Shown: positions 9,308 through 19,047 of the stretch, piece by piece | How positions within the stretch are numbered: position 1 is the stretch's first letter | Layout: each line of letters opens with the position of its first letter | Assembly: GCA_964568745.1 (NCBI GenBank) | Contig: CAZMQX010000001.1 | Span: 13,408-77,407, forward strand | DNA: 64,000 bases | Source of the DNA: an uncultured Candidatus Saccharibacteria bacterium | GTDB taxonomy: Bacteria; Patescibacteriota; Saccharimonadia; Saccharimonadales; Saccharimonadaceae | Direction of reading: 5' to 3' | The notes under the pieces: generated by a model | What the model was told of the DNA's origin: nothing | The model's database searches: none | What the model saw: the letters and a program-made list of their open reading frames with translations, nothing else | Translations under genes and position numbers: made by a program

Positions 9308-10524
9308 AGAGATACTTCCTAGGGATGGCAGCAGGATATCGATGGAAAGATATCTTCCGACATACTTTTGCAGTGGGCGGTGAAAAAGATAGGGATTTGC
9401 TTTGTCAATATCTAAACAAACGCTACGGGGGCGAGACGATACTTTGTAAAAACGGGCGCTCGGCACTTGGATTGGCGTTAAAAGCGTATTTCGAGCCTGG
9501 TGACGCCGTGATTGTTAACGGTTTTACGTGCTATGCTGTATTTGAAGCGATAAAAGCGGCTGGGCTTACACCGATATTCGTGGATATATCCCAAGAAGAT
9601 TTGAACTTTGATGTAGTGGCACTCGGCAAGCTCAACACGTCTCATTCGGGGCCGCGTCGCTCGCGCCCGTCGCCACGGGGCTCGCGCGCTAAATCTCGCG
9701 CTGCCGCGCTCCGAAATGCCCCGAACGAGACATTATTGAGCTTGCCGATACGAGGCATCATCGTACAAAATTCCTTAGGGAATCCAGCAGACATCGTCGC
9801 GATCGAGAAGCTCGCAAAGAAATACGATTTAACGATCATCGAGGACATGGCGCATTGCGTTGGAGTAAAATACGCAGATGGACGCGAATGCGGCACTGTG
9901 GGCGTAGCGGCGGCTTTTTCGTTTGGGAAGGACAAGGTGATCGATACGGTCTCTGGTGGAGCTGTAGTATTCAGGGAGCCTGCTAAGCATAAGATTGAAT
10001 TACCTAATTTGAGACCTAGGCCGTCAGACCATTTACGAGCAAGATTCTATCCGCTTTTTGGAGGAATTTGCAGAAGTTTGACCGCTGTACATTTAGGTGG
10101 TCTCTTGATGCGTGGATTAGTAAAGATTCATTGGGTGGAGAAATCCGCCGACAATCGTTTAGATTTTCGACGAGTGATCTCGGGATTTGAAGCAAAACTG
10201 GCTTTGAGGCAGTTTGAAGCGCTTTCTCATAACAAGAAACAGCCAATACGGGAGTTCTGTTTGATCAACAACCGCAATGAAGTGCTAAAAAAGCTGGCCA
10301 AAGCGGGATACTATCTAGATGGGTTGTGGTACAAACAACCTGTTTCGCCGGAACGCTACTATAAAAAAGTACATTTCCCAGAAGAAAAATGCAAGACAGC
10401 GGTATATGTTGCAAAACACATTATTAATTTACCAACAAACTATGGCGAAAAGGCCACTAGAAAAGCAAAGCAGATAATCAAACCATATCTGGTGAAAGGA
10501 GGTAGTGTTGAACAGCCTAGCTAG
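9304..10524 (+). CDS. DegT/DnrJ/EryC1/StrS-family PLP aminotransferase carrying an in-frame palindromic insertion
   Basis: NGRSAL, FTC..V, IIEDMAH, FSFGKDK (PLP lysine), GGA; ~42-aa atypical insert GKLNTS...TLLSLP. Confidence 0.8.
   Translation: MKRYFLGMAAGYRWKDIFRHTFAVGGEKDRDLLCQYLNKRYGGETILCKNGRSALGLALKAYFEPGDAVIVNGFTCYAVFEAIKAAGLTPIFVDISQEDLNFDVVALGKLNTSHSGPRRSRPSPRGSRAKSRAAALRNAPNETLLSLPIRGIIVQNSLGNPADIVAIEKLAKKYDLTIIEDMAHCVGVKYADGRECGTVGVAAAFSFGKDKVIDTVSGGAVVFREPAKHKIELPNLRPRPSDHLRARFYPLFGGICRSLTAVHLGGLLMRGLVKIHWVEKSADNRLDFRRVISGFEAKLALRQFEALSHNKKQPIREFCLINNRNEVLKKLAKAGYYLDGLWYKQPVSPERYYKKVHFPEEKCKTAVYVAKHIINLPTNYGEKATRKAKQIIKPYLVKGGSVEQPS
9623..9748. repeat. Palindromic element E1 (family A), in frame in the DegT gene
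   Basis: 13-bp perfect inverted arms tcggcaagctcaa/ttgagcttgccga, inner gtctc/gagac and ttcggggc/gccccgaa; 73-bp core (9649-9721) identical to 11539-11611. Confidence 0.92.
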
Positions 10525-11512
10525 CGCGGAAGAATGGCAAAAGGTGGTCAAAAAGCACCCGGAAGCTAATTTTTTGCAATCACCTACTTACGGTAAAATG
10601 CATACGATCATCGGAGAAAAAGTCATTTTGGAGGATTTTGATGGGGGAGGTTGGGCGCTGATGATTATACATGATGCTAAACGTGGTAGATATATGGAGA
10701 TTCCGTGCGGGCCATTGCTAGACTGGGGTGACTTGAAGCAAACGAAGAAGATATTTGGCCTAATCCGTGATATTGCTAAAAAAGAGCATTGTGTATTTGT
10801 GAGAGTAAGGCCGCAACTTCCTGCCACTTCTGATAATCTTCAGCTTTTGGCCTCACTGGACCTTAAAAAAGCGCCGATGCACCTTGCGGCAGAGCATACT
10901 GTAATGATTGATCTCACCAAGACAGAAGAGGAACTACTTGCGGCGATGCGCAGACAAACACGCTACGAAGTGAGGCGAGCCGATAAGCTGGGCATTCGCG
11001 TGTCGAGAGACGATTCAAAGGATTGTTTCCGAGAATTTCATTCCATACAGGTTGAAACCGCTAAAAGACAAGGGTTTGTGCCACCAAGCCTAAATACTCT
11101 GTTTGCTGAGCGTGAGGCTTTCTTAGGTTCAGCATGGATTTACAAGGCAACGACCGACATAGATGGTGTACAAAAGCCGATGGCTTATGGGTTAATCATC
11201 GGCGATGGGCTTGAGGCCGACTATTACGAAGCGGCGTCGACAGATCTTAATCGCAAACTGCCCGGAGCGTACGCTTTATTATGGCAGGCGATGCGTGACC
11301 TCAAAAAGGCTGGCTATCAGCGTTTTAATTTGTGGGGGATCGCACCAGCCGGACAGCCAAATCACCGTTACGCCGGAGTGACTACTTTTAAGACTGGTTT
11401 CGGTGGTGAAGTTGTAGAATACGTGCCGGCGCATGACATGGTGATTTCACGGATGCGGTATCTAAAAGATTTAGTGGTAGAAAAAGCCAGGAAGAAACGG
11501 AGGCACCTATGA
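10505..11512 (+). CDS. FemAB/FemX-family peptidoglycan aminoacyltransferase
   Basis: NFLQS, GPLLDW, RVRP, MRRQTRYEVRRA, NLWG, FKTGFGG; GTG start with SD AAGGAGG. Confidence 0.88.
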   Translation: MLNSLASAEEWQKVVKKHPEANFLQSPTYGKMHTIIGEKVILEDFDGGGWALMIIHDAKRGRYMEIPCGPLLDWGDLKQTKKIFGLIRDIAKKEHCVFVRVRPQLPATSDNLQLLASLDLKKAPMHLAAEHTVMIDLTKTEEELLAAMRRQTRYEVRRADKLGIRVSRDDSKDCFREFHSIQVETAKRQGFVPPSLNTLFAEREAFLGSAWIYKATTDIDGVQKPMAYGLIIGDGLEADYYEAASTDLNRKLPGAYALLWQAMRDLKKAGYQRFNLWGIAPAGQPNHRYAGVTTFKTGFGGEVVEYVPAHDMVISRMRYLKDLVVEKARKKRRHL

Positions 11513-12645
11513 GCCAGATGAAAAATTCATTGAATCTCGGGCCGCGTCGCTCGCGCCCGTCGCCACGGGGCTCGCGCGCTAAATCTCGCGCTGCCGCGCT
11601 CCGAAATGCCCTCGATTTCAATGAATCTTTCCATCTTGAGTCTGCTTCCGATCGTGCTTCCTGGGATAGTTTTATCACTTCGCATTCAGAGGCAAATTTC
11701 TTGCAGTCGTGGGATTTTTATGAATTCCACAAGGCGCGGGGCAAGAAGGTTGTACGGCGCATCGTAATGCTTGACAATAAAATTGTCGGAGCTTATGCCG
11801 GAGTGGTAGAAACTGCTAAACGCGGGCGATATATGGCGATTGCCGGCGGGCCTATTCTTGATTGGCGCGACAAAAAACTAGTCAAGTTAATTTTTGATGA
11901 TATCCACGAGGAAGGAAAAAAGGCAGAGTGTGTGTTTGTGCGCATACGGCCACAGCTTGAGTTGTCCGACCAGTCTCTTCGTTTGATGGCAGAACTAAAA
12001 TTGAAGAAAGCACCGATGTATTTGTCGGTGGAATATGCTGGTGTACTAGACCTCAAAAAACCTGAAGAAGAGATCTTGGCCGGAGCATCGCAGGGTTTTC
12101 GTCGCAAGCTCAGAAAAGCCCTGAAAAATGACATAGAGATCACGGCAGATACGTCTGATGTTGCAATAAATGAATTCTGTCGTCTCGAAAAGTTACACGC
12201 TGAACGTCAAAAATATGTGGCTTTTTCCTCAAGTTTCCTGACGAAACAATTTGAGGCCTTTCGTGATGGGAACGAGATATTGATCTACACGGCACGAAAG
12301 GACGGTGAGGTCCTGGCGCAGAATTTCATGATTTTTTATGGACCAGAAGCGAGCTATCATTATGGCGTGTCATCGGAGCTTGGCACAAAATACTCTGCGG
12401 CTCCACTTCTACACATAAAAGCGATGGAGGAAGCCAGAAAACGCGGTTGCATACGCTATAATCTCTGGGGGATCGTGGAGCCAGAAGAGAAATCTCATCG
12501 TTTTTATGGAGTATCCGAGTTTAAACGCTCATTTGGTTGCGAAGAACTGCGCTATACGCCAGCTCACGATATGATCCTAAAACCAACTGCTTATCAACTA
12601 ACCAAAATAGTTGAAACTGCGCGCAAGAAAAAACGCCATGTATAA
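11509..12645 (+). CDS. Second FemAB/FemX-family aminoacyltransferase, N-terminal palindromic insertion
   Basis: NFLQSW, GGPILDW, YNLWG, FKRSFG; ATGA overlap with the upstream paralogue. Confidence 0.88.
   Translation: MSQMKNSLNLGPRRSRPSPRGSRAKSRAAALRNALDFNESFHLESASDRASWDSFITSHSEANFLQSWDFYEFHKARGKKVVRRIVMLDNKIVGAYAGVVETAKRGRYMAIAGGPILDWRDKKLVKLIFDDIHEEGKKAECVFVRIRPQLELSDQSLRLMAELKLKKAPMYLSVEYAGVLDLKKPEEEILAGASQGFRRKLRKALKNDIEITADTSDVAINEFCRLEKLHAERQKYVAFSSSFLTKQFEAFRDGNEILIYTARKDGEVLAQNFMIFYGPEASYHYGVSSELGTKYSAAPLLHIKAMEEARKRGCIRYNLWGIVEPEEKSHRFYGVSEFKRSFGCEELRYTPAHDMILKPTAYQLTKIVETARKKKRHV
11525..11626. repeat. Palindromic element E2 (family A), in frame near the FemAB-2 N-terminus
   Basis: 10-bp perfect arms attcattgaa/ttcaatgaat; core identical to E1. 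Confidence 0.92.
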
Positions 12646-12685
12646 AGATTTGTGATATAATAAGCATAAGTAATAAAGGAAAGAT

Positions 12686-13306
12686 ATGGCAAAAATTAAT
12701 CGTAAATATATTGATAAACACTGGCTGGTATTTATTTTTAGAGGATCACTTGCGGCACTATTTGGGGCGTACGCTTTGTTTGCGGGTATGTCTGAAATGG
12801 GGAACATGATTGCGATTGTAAGCATACTGTTACTGCTTATGGGTATCATTGATGCAGCTTCGGCACTTTACAGCTCTAGCAAAAAACACGGTTGGTTTAA
12901 TGCTGTGCTTGATGCGGCTGTGGATGTAGCCGCCGCTCTCATGCTTTTGTTCTTTGCTCGCGAGGATCTAATGCTATCTATGGTGGTACTTTCGGTCTAT
13001 ACAATCATTTCTGGGATTATTGATATCTTTCATGGATTTCTATCCACGGTTGACCCGACAGATCGCTTTATTCGCGTGTTTGCAGGGTGTTGTGGTTGTG
13101 TAATTGGTATTGTGATATTTAATGCTGGTGATTTTGAAATATCTACATTCGTGAGATTCTTTGGTGCCTACATGCTAATCGTTGGTGCAACGAGTCTAAT
13201 TTATGGTGTGCATAACCGCGCTCAAAACATTGAAGACAAAGTGGCCAGGAGTCAGGCGGCCAAGAGAACTAAGAAGACTAAAAGTACTAGCAAAAAGAAA
13301 AAGTAG
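12686..13306 (+). CDS. DUF308/HdeD-like membrane protein
   Basis: Six hydrophobic segments in two repeats, W..FIFRG start, basic tail. Confidence 0.7.
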   Translation: MAKINRKYIDKHWLVFIFRGSLAALFGAYALFAGMSEMGNMIAIVSILLLLMGIIDAASALYSSSKKHGWFNAVLDAAVDVAAALMLLFFAREDLMLSMVVLSVYTIISGIIDIFHGFLSTVDPTDRFIRVFAGCCGCVIGIVIFNAGDFEISTFVRFFGAYMLIVGATSLIYGVHNRAQNIEDKVARSQAAKRTKKTKSTSKKKK

Positions 13307-13361
13307 ATTTTGACTGCTCGGACCTGTTCGCTTTCTATCTTTTTGTGATATAATTTAGGTT

Positions 13362-14225
13362 ATGAAAGCAATTATCACTGATGCTGGTTTTGCCAGTCGC
13401 TATTTACCTATCACTAAAACAATTCCCAAGGCTATGATACCGATTGGTAGTAAGCCCGTAATGCAACTGTGCGTAGAAGAATGCGCTGAGGCGGGGATTG
13501 ATGAGATTATCATCGTTGCTACGCCAAATACAAAGGGCAAAGAAATCTACGACGATTATTTTCACAATCCGTCAGACAACGTCAAAGCGCTCCTAGAAAA
13601 GCAGGGCAAAATGGAGAGGTTTGAGCCGGTCGAGAAAATCATGCAATTCCCAAAGATCACCGTGATCGAGCAAGACGCAAGTTTGCCTTATGGTAATGGT
13701 TCGCCGATCGTTTCAGCACGCAAGTTCGTCGAAAACGATAAGGCTTTTGTCGTATTATATAGTGACGATTTAATCTTAGGCGCAAGCGATGTAAAAACCT
13801 TGATTGACAAATACAACGAAAACCCTGAGGCTAAGGCCGTGATCGCAACCCAAGAGATGCCTGAAGACACTTGGCATAAATACGGAATGGTAGCCTTAAA
13901 AGAAAATGGGACGCTCAGCCATATCGTAGAAAAACCCAAAACTCCAGATCAGAGCCCAAGTAACCTAACGAGTTACGGTCGCTATTTGTTGACACCCGAA
14001 GTATTTGACTACTTAGTGCCCGCTAATACAGGATTAGATGGGGAATTGTGGACTGTTGATGCGATCACTAAGCTCGCCGAACATGGTGATGTTGTCGTGG
14101 CGCATAGCCAAGGTAAATGGATCACTACTGGCGATCCAAAAAATTATTTCTTGGCACATCTAGAGTTTGTCATGCGCCAGACAGATTACGCCGATGATGT
14201 GCGAAAATTTGTAGAAGGTGTATAA
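13362..14225 (+). CDS. galU: UTP--glucose-1-phosphate uridylyltransferase-like
   Basis: AGFASRYLPITKTIPKAMIP, PYGNG, VEKP, YGRYLLTP, TGD. Confidence 0.75.
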   Translation: MKAIITDAGFASRYLPITKTIPKAMIPIGSKPVMQLCVEECAEAGIDEIIIVATPNTKGKEIYDDYFHNPSDNVKALLEKQGKMERFEPVEKIMQFPKITVIEQDASLPYGNGSPIVSARKFVENDKAFVVLYSDDLILGASDVKTLIDKYNENPEAKAVIATQEMPEDTWHKYGMVALKENGTLSHIVEKPKTPDQSPSNLTSYGRYLLTPEVFDYLVPANTGLDGELWTVDAITKLAEHGDVVVAHSQGKWITTGDPKNYFLAHLEFVMRQTDYADDVRKFVEGV

Positions 14226-14251
14226 TATAATTATAAATAGGAGGTAAAAAA

Positions 14252-14554
14252 ATGAATGTAGCGGAATGGATTATAGTAGCGATATTAAGCACAACACTGC
14301 TTTTGCTTTTGATTCTAGCGATTATTCTACTAGTTAAACTGATTAATCTCAGTAAAGAAGTTGAAAAAGTGGTGGTAGAGGGCCAGGATATTGCACGAAA
14401 TGCCAACGGCATCGTGTCTAATGTAAAGGGTATGACCTCATTTGGGGGGACGATCGAGATGTTTATCGACCGCTACATCACTCCTAAGCTCAAAGAAAAA
14501 ATCAAAGAATCCAAGGCTAAAGAAGCAAAAACTAAAGAAAGGAGCGAAAAATGA
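14252..14554 (+). CDS. Single-TM protein (DUF948/YoxC-like)
   Basis: N-terminal TM followed by a coiled segment; directly upstream of a YtxH-like gene. Confidence 0.55.
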   Translation: MNVAEWIIVAILSTTLLLLLILAIILLVKLINLSKEVEKVVVEGQDIARNANGIVSNVKGMTSFGGTIEMFIDRYITPKLKEKIKESKAKEAKTKERSEK

Positions 14555-14886
14555 CAGCCAAAAATAAAAGTGGAGCTGGTAAGTTCTTTCTCGGCGCGGC
14601 TCTGGGCGCATTGGTGGGAGCGGTCGCAAGTAAATTTATGAAGTCCAGTGCTGAAGACGAGGATTTTGAAGATCGACTTGAAGACGTAGAAGAAGATATC
14701 GCAGATTTCAAAGAAGATGCAGCGGAACGGTTGACAAGCGCAAAAGGCGCGGCCGAGAAAAAGGTGGAGGCAGCCAAGAAAAAGGCAGAGAAAGTTAGCA
14801 AAACTGCAGCAACGGAAGCGAAGAAGGTCGGTAAAGATATTGAAAAGGGTGCTGAGAAAGTAAAGAAGACCATCAAGAATGCCTAA
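14551..14886 (+). CDS. YtxH-like protein
   Basis: KFFLGAALGALVGA then a charged helical K/E/A-rich tail. Confidence 0.7.
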   Translation: MTAKNKSGAGKFFLGAALGALVGAVASKFMKSSAEDEDFEDRLEDVEEDIADFKEDAAERLTSAKGAAEKKVEAAKKKAEKVSKTAATEAKKVGKDIEKGAEKVKKTIKNA

Positions 14887-17800
14887 GGCTGTCAAATTAA
14901 AGCCAAGTGATTTTGTCCATCTGCATAACCACACGCATTATTCGCTTTTGGATGGTTTAACTAAGGTGCCAGAACTTGTACAATTCGTCAAGTCTGACGG
15001 AATGGAAGCTGTGGCTGTGACAGATCATGGCACGATGTCAGGGCTCGTTGAGTTATATAAGGAATGTAACGCTAATGGCATAAAACCTCTACTCGGTCTA
15101 GAAGCCTATGTCGCAGCGCGCAAGCTAACCGACAAAGATCCAGCGCATGACAAGCAACGCTTCCATGTGACTTTGATTGCCATGAATAATAAGGGCTACG
15201 AAAACCTCTGTCGAATTATGAGCAATGCCGAGGAGCATGGCAAATATTATAAGCCCCGTACTGATCATGATGAACTCAAAAAATATAACGAGGGAATTAT
15301 CTGCCTTTCTGGCTGTATGGGGTCAGAAATATCAGAGGCGATCCGAGCTGATGATGATGAGCGAGCACTGGAGCTAATCGATTGGTACAGAAACGTATTT
15401 AAGGATAGATTCTATCTTGAAATGCAAGATCATGGACACCCCAAATCCAGTACGCACTCTGCCGAGCAGAAGAAGGTCAATGATTGGCACATGGCACACG
15501 CTGAAGAACTTGGATTGCCTCTAGTCGTAACCTGTGATGCACACTATCTAAAAAAAGACGACCAAGACGCACACGAAGTGTTGCTCTGTATCGGCACGGC
15601 GGCAAACCTATCCGACACTAATCGTATGACGCTAAAGGATTTTGATCTACATGTGATACCGGCCGAGGAGATTATTGAACATTGGCAAGATACTTGTCCA
15701 GAAGCGGTTCTGAATACCAAAAGAATTGCTGACAGGTGCAATGTGGACCTAGAGCTCGGTCGGATTTTGATCCCGAAATTCCCCGTACCAGATGGAGAAG
15801 ACGAGAAAACGTATCTGGATAAGCTAGTGTTTCAGGGTTTGGTTTATCGATATGGCGGCAAAAAACTTGAAGATACCGCAAAAATAAGCATTAAGGAGTG
15901 TCGCAAGATATTGGCTGATGTGGATAAGGACCGCGACGACGACCACAAGGTTTTACCGCGTATTGATTACGAATTGTCAGTCGTAGATAAAATGGGCTAT
16001 AACGGCTATTTCTTGATCGTGCAAGATTTTATCAACTGGGGCAAATCTCAAAGGATCGTGTATGGGCCAGGGCGAGGTAGCGCGGCTGGTTCGATATTGG
16101 CTTATGCCCTTCGCATCACAGAGCTAGATCCGTTGAAATACGACTTGCTATTTGAGCGGTTCTTGAATCCGGATCGCATCTCGATGCCAGATATTGATAC
16201 CGATATCCAAGACACAAGACGAGACGAAGTAATCCAATACTGTTCTGACAAATATGGCTCCGCACGTGTTTCCAACATCGCGACTTTTGGTAAAATGATG
16301 GCCAAAAACGCTGTGCGTGACGTAGCGCGTGTCCTTGAAGTGCCATACGCAGAGGCAGATCGACTCGCCAAAATGGTACCCGATCCGGTACAGGGCCATC
16401 ACGTACATCTTGCTGATGCGATCCGAGAAGTCCCAGATCTTAAAAATGAATATGAAACAAACCCAACCTCAAAAGAAGTGATCGACTTTGCCTCAAGATT
16501 AGAAGGGACAATTCGTAATCACGGCGTGCACGCTTGTGGTGTAATCATCGCTCCAGATGATCTAGTAAAATTCCTACCGCTTGAAGTCTCGGCGAAAGGC
16601 CCAATCGCAGCCCAGTTCCCAATGGGTCAGGTAGAAGAACTTGGTCTACTCAAAATGGATTTTCTCGGACTCTCTAATTTATCCGTAATCAATAATGCTC
16701 TTAGAATGATCCGAAAAGTTTACCATGACGACATAGATCTATCGGCCTTACCACTCGACGATTCGGAAACATACGCGCTTTTGCAACGTGCAGAAACTAC
16801 TGGTGTATTCCAGCTAGAGTCTGCCGGTATGAAACGATATTTGCGCGACCTCAAGGCTTCAACTTTTGAAGATATCATCGCTATGGTAGCGCTTTATCGT
16901 CCGGGGCCGATGCAATTTATCGACTCGTTCATTAAACGAAAGCACGGCGAAGAGCCGATCACATATCTTCACCCTGGTCTTGAAGGAGCGCTAAAGAATA
17001 CTTATGGTATTTTGATTTATCAAGAGCAATTCATGCAGATCTCAAGGACTTGGTGCGGTTTTACGGGCGGGCAGGCAGACACTCTCAGAAAAGCTGTTGG
17101 CAAGAAGAAGGTCGACCTGATGAACAAAGTAAAACCCGACTTTATTAAGGGCGCTGTAGAGATTGGCGGGGCCACCAAAGAGATCGCTGAGACATTTTGG
17201 GATCAGCTTCTGGAATTTGCGAACTACTGTTTCAATAAATCACATGCCGCTTGTTACGCTCTGATCGCCTATTGGACGGCGTATCTCAAGGCTCATTATC
17301 CAGACGCTTTTATGGCTGCGCTGATGACGGCCGACATGCGATGGACCGATCGACTCGCGATTGAAATCGCCGAATGTAAGCGTATGGGGCTCAAAGTTCT
17401 AGGTCCAGACATCAATCAATCGTATGGCGACTTTGGCATTGTTGGTGGCGAAAAGACGATCCGATTTGGCTTGTCTGGGATCAAAAATATGGGCAAATCT
17501 TTGGTGGAAGACATCGTGATCCCAGAGCGCGACAAAAACGGTCCATTCAAATCAGTTTGTGATTTCGCTAAACGCATCGATTCTACTAAATTCAACAAAA
17601 AATCTTGGGAAGCCGCGATCAAAACTGGCGCATTCGATAGATTTGGTGCAACGCGGTCAGATCTCTTGTTCAATCTAGAGGCGGTGCAAGCCTATGGATC
17701 AAAAATTCAAAAAGACGTAGGGTCAGGTCAGACCGACCTTTTCGGCATGATGGGTGAAGCTGGTGCCGTACCGGAAGTTGAGATCAAGCCAGCACCGGTA

Positions 17801-18604
17801 CAACACCCAGAAAAGGAGCAGTTATTATGGGAACGTGACCTAATGGGGCTTTATCTTTCTGCGCACCCATTGGACAAATACGACACCTACTTTGAAGAGC
17901 AAACCCACCCAATGAGTCTGATTGCATCAGAAAATGACGGTAAAATGGTGACGGTGGGCGGAATCATTACAAATGTACGATCAATTCTCACCAAAAAAGG
18001 CGACAAAATGGCCTTTGTCAAAATGGAAGACAAAATGGATGAAATCGAATTTATAGTTTTCCCATCAGTTTTTGCAGAATATGGTGGGAAGTTAGAGGTA
18101 GATAACGTAGTGAGAGTACGCGGCCGAGTAAATGCTAAGGACAAGGAAGGGCGCATAACCTCTGACGTTAAGCTACTAGCCGAACAGGTCGAACTGATCT
18201 CGGACGACGTACTAGGGTCATACGTATCTACTGGCACCAAATTAGCCGCCCCTGCTCCTGCACCATCAGAACGTGGACGTAGGCGTAGCAAAATATCAGC
18301 AGAAAGAGTCCAGAACGCCGTAGCTGAACCTATTATTCATGAAGCGCGCGTACTTAAAAATCCGCCAAAAGACCCCCGCAAGGAAAGATTATACATACTT
18401 ATTGAACACCCTGATGATACAGAAACCTTGTCTGCAATTCGCAGATTGGCGGATTTATATTTAGGTTTCCAAGAAGTAGTATTGGTCCTAAAAGACGGCG
18501 AAACAAAACGCCCGCTTCGCATGCCATTCAAGGTTGATGCATCGGAGGACTTGCTAGTGAAACTGCGCGAATTAGTCGGCGCTGAAGCGGTAAAGGTCTG
18601 CTAA
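14879..18604 (+). CDS. dnaE: DNA polymerase III alpha subunit
   Basis: PHP HLHNHT, GPGRGSAAGS, SMPDIDTD, KMDFLGL, FNKSHA, OB-fold. Confidence 0.98.
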   Translation: MPKAVKLKPSDFVHLHNHTHYSLLDGLTKVPELVQFVKSDGMEAVAVTDHGTMSGLVELYKECNANGIKPLLGLEAYVAARKLTDKDPAHDKQRFHVTLIAMNNKGYENLCRIMSNAEEHGKYYKPRTDHDELKKYNEGIICLSGCMGSEISEAIRADDDERALELIDWYRNVFKDRFYLEMQDHGHPKSSTHSAEQKKVNDWHMAHAEELGLPLVVTCDAHYLKKDDQDAHEVLLCIGTAANLSDTNRMTLKDFDLHVIPAEEIIEHWQDTCPEAVLNTKRIADRCNVDLELGRILIPKFPVPDGEDEKTYLDKLVFQGLVYRYGGKKLEDTAKISIKECRKILADVDKDRDDDHKVLPRIDYELSVVDKMGYNGYFLIVQDFINWGKSQRIVYGPGRGSAAGSILAYALRITELDPLKYDLLFERFLNPDRISMPDIDTDIQDTRRDEVIQYCSDKYGSARVSNIATFGKMMAKNAVRDVARVLEVPYAEADRLAKMVPDPVQGHHVHLADAIREVPDLKNEYETNPTSKEVIDFASRLEGTIRNHGVHACGVIIAPDDLVKFLPLEVSAKGPIAAQFPMGQVEELGLLKMDFLGLSNLSVINNALRMIRKVYHDDIDLSALPLDDSETYALLQRAETTGVFQLESAGMKRYLRDLKASTFEDIIAMVALYRPGPMQFIDSFIKRKHGEEPITYLHPGLEGALKNTYGILIYQEQFMQISRTWCGFTGGQADTLRKAVGKKKVDLMNKVKPDFIKGAVEIGGATKEIAETFWDQLLEFANYCFNKSHAACYALIAYWTAYLKAHYPDAFMAALMTADMRWTDRLAIEIAECKRMGLKVLGPDINQSYGDFGIVGGEKTIRFGLSGIKNMGKSLVEDIVIPERDKNGPFKSVCDFAKRIDSTKFNKKSWEAAIKTGAFDRFGATRSDLLFNLEAVQAYGSKIQKDVGSGQTDLFGMMGEAGAVPEVEIKPAPVQHPEKEQLLWERDLMGLYLSAHPLDKYDTYFEEQTHPMSLIASENDGKMVTVGGIITNVRSILTKKGDKMAFVKMEDKMDEIEFIVFPSVFAEYGGKLEVDNVVRVRGRVNAKDKEGRITSDVKLLAEQVELISDDVLGSYVSTGTKLAAPAPAPSERGRRRSKISAERVQNAVAEPIIHEARVLKNPPKDPRKERLYILIEHPDDTETLSAIRRLADLYLGFQEVVLVLKDGETKRPLRMPFKVDASEDLLVKLRELVGAEAVKVC

Positions 18605-18630
18605 TTATATCTATATGGTATAATTAGGGT

Positions 18631-19047
18631 ATGAAAAAGAAGAGAGTGTCTAGTAGTGTGACGGTCAATCGTAAAGCGCGGTTTGATTACGTGCTTGGCG
18701 ATGAGCTGACGGTAGGTATGGCACTTGCAGGGCCGGAAGTGCGTCTGATCCGCGATCATCATGTCCAGCTGAAAGGCTCTTATGTAACTATCCGAAATGG
18801 AGAATTATGGTTATATGGACTCACGCTCGGTGCAGATACTGCGAGAAACATCAAACTACTTGCCACAAAAAAACAAATTGCTACTCTTGAGCGAGAAAAA
18901 AAGGACGGATCGACCATTGTGCCAGTGCGTTTAAATGGCGGGCAGAGATACATTAAGCTCGTGATTGCGATAGGTAAGGGTAAGAAGAAATATGATAAGC
19001 GCGAAGCCATCAAAAAACGCGACATTGAAAGAGGTAGATATGCTTAA
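18631..19047 (+). CDS. smpB: SsrA-binding protein (compact, 138 aa)
   Basis: NRKARFDY, G.EV, KLL, GKGKKKYDKRE. Confidence 0.9.
   Translation: MKKKRVSSSVTVNRKARFDYVLGDELTVGMALAGPEVRLIRDHHVQLKGSYVTIRNGELWLYGLTLGADTARNIKLLATKKQIATLEREKKDGSTIVPVRLNGGQRYIKLVIAIGKGKKKYDKREAIKKRDIERGRYA

Noticed and set aside
9649-11611. 73-bp repeat as a CRISPR array
   Set aside because: Only two copies, 1.9 kb apart, too long for a CRISPR repeat, inside ORFs, with no spacers or cas genes.
18631-19047. smpB as a pseudogene because it is short
   Set aside because: The ORF is intact with N- and C-terminal motifs; the shortening is an internal loop deletion consistent with genome streamlining.
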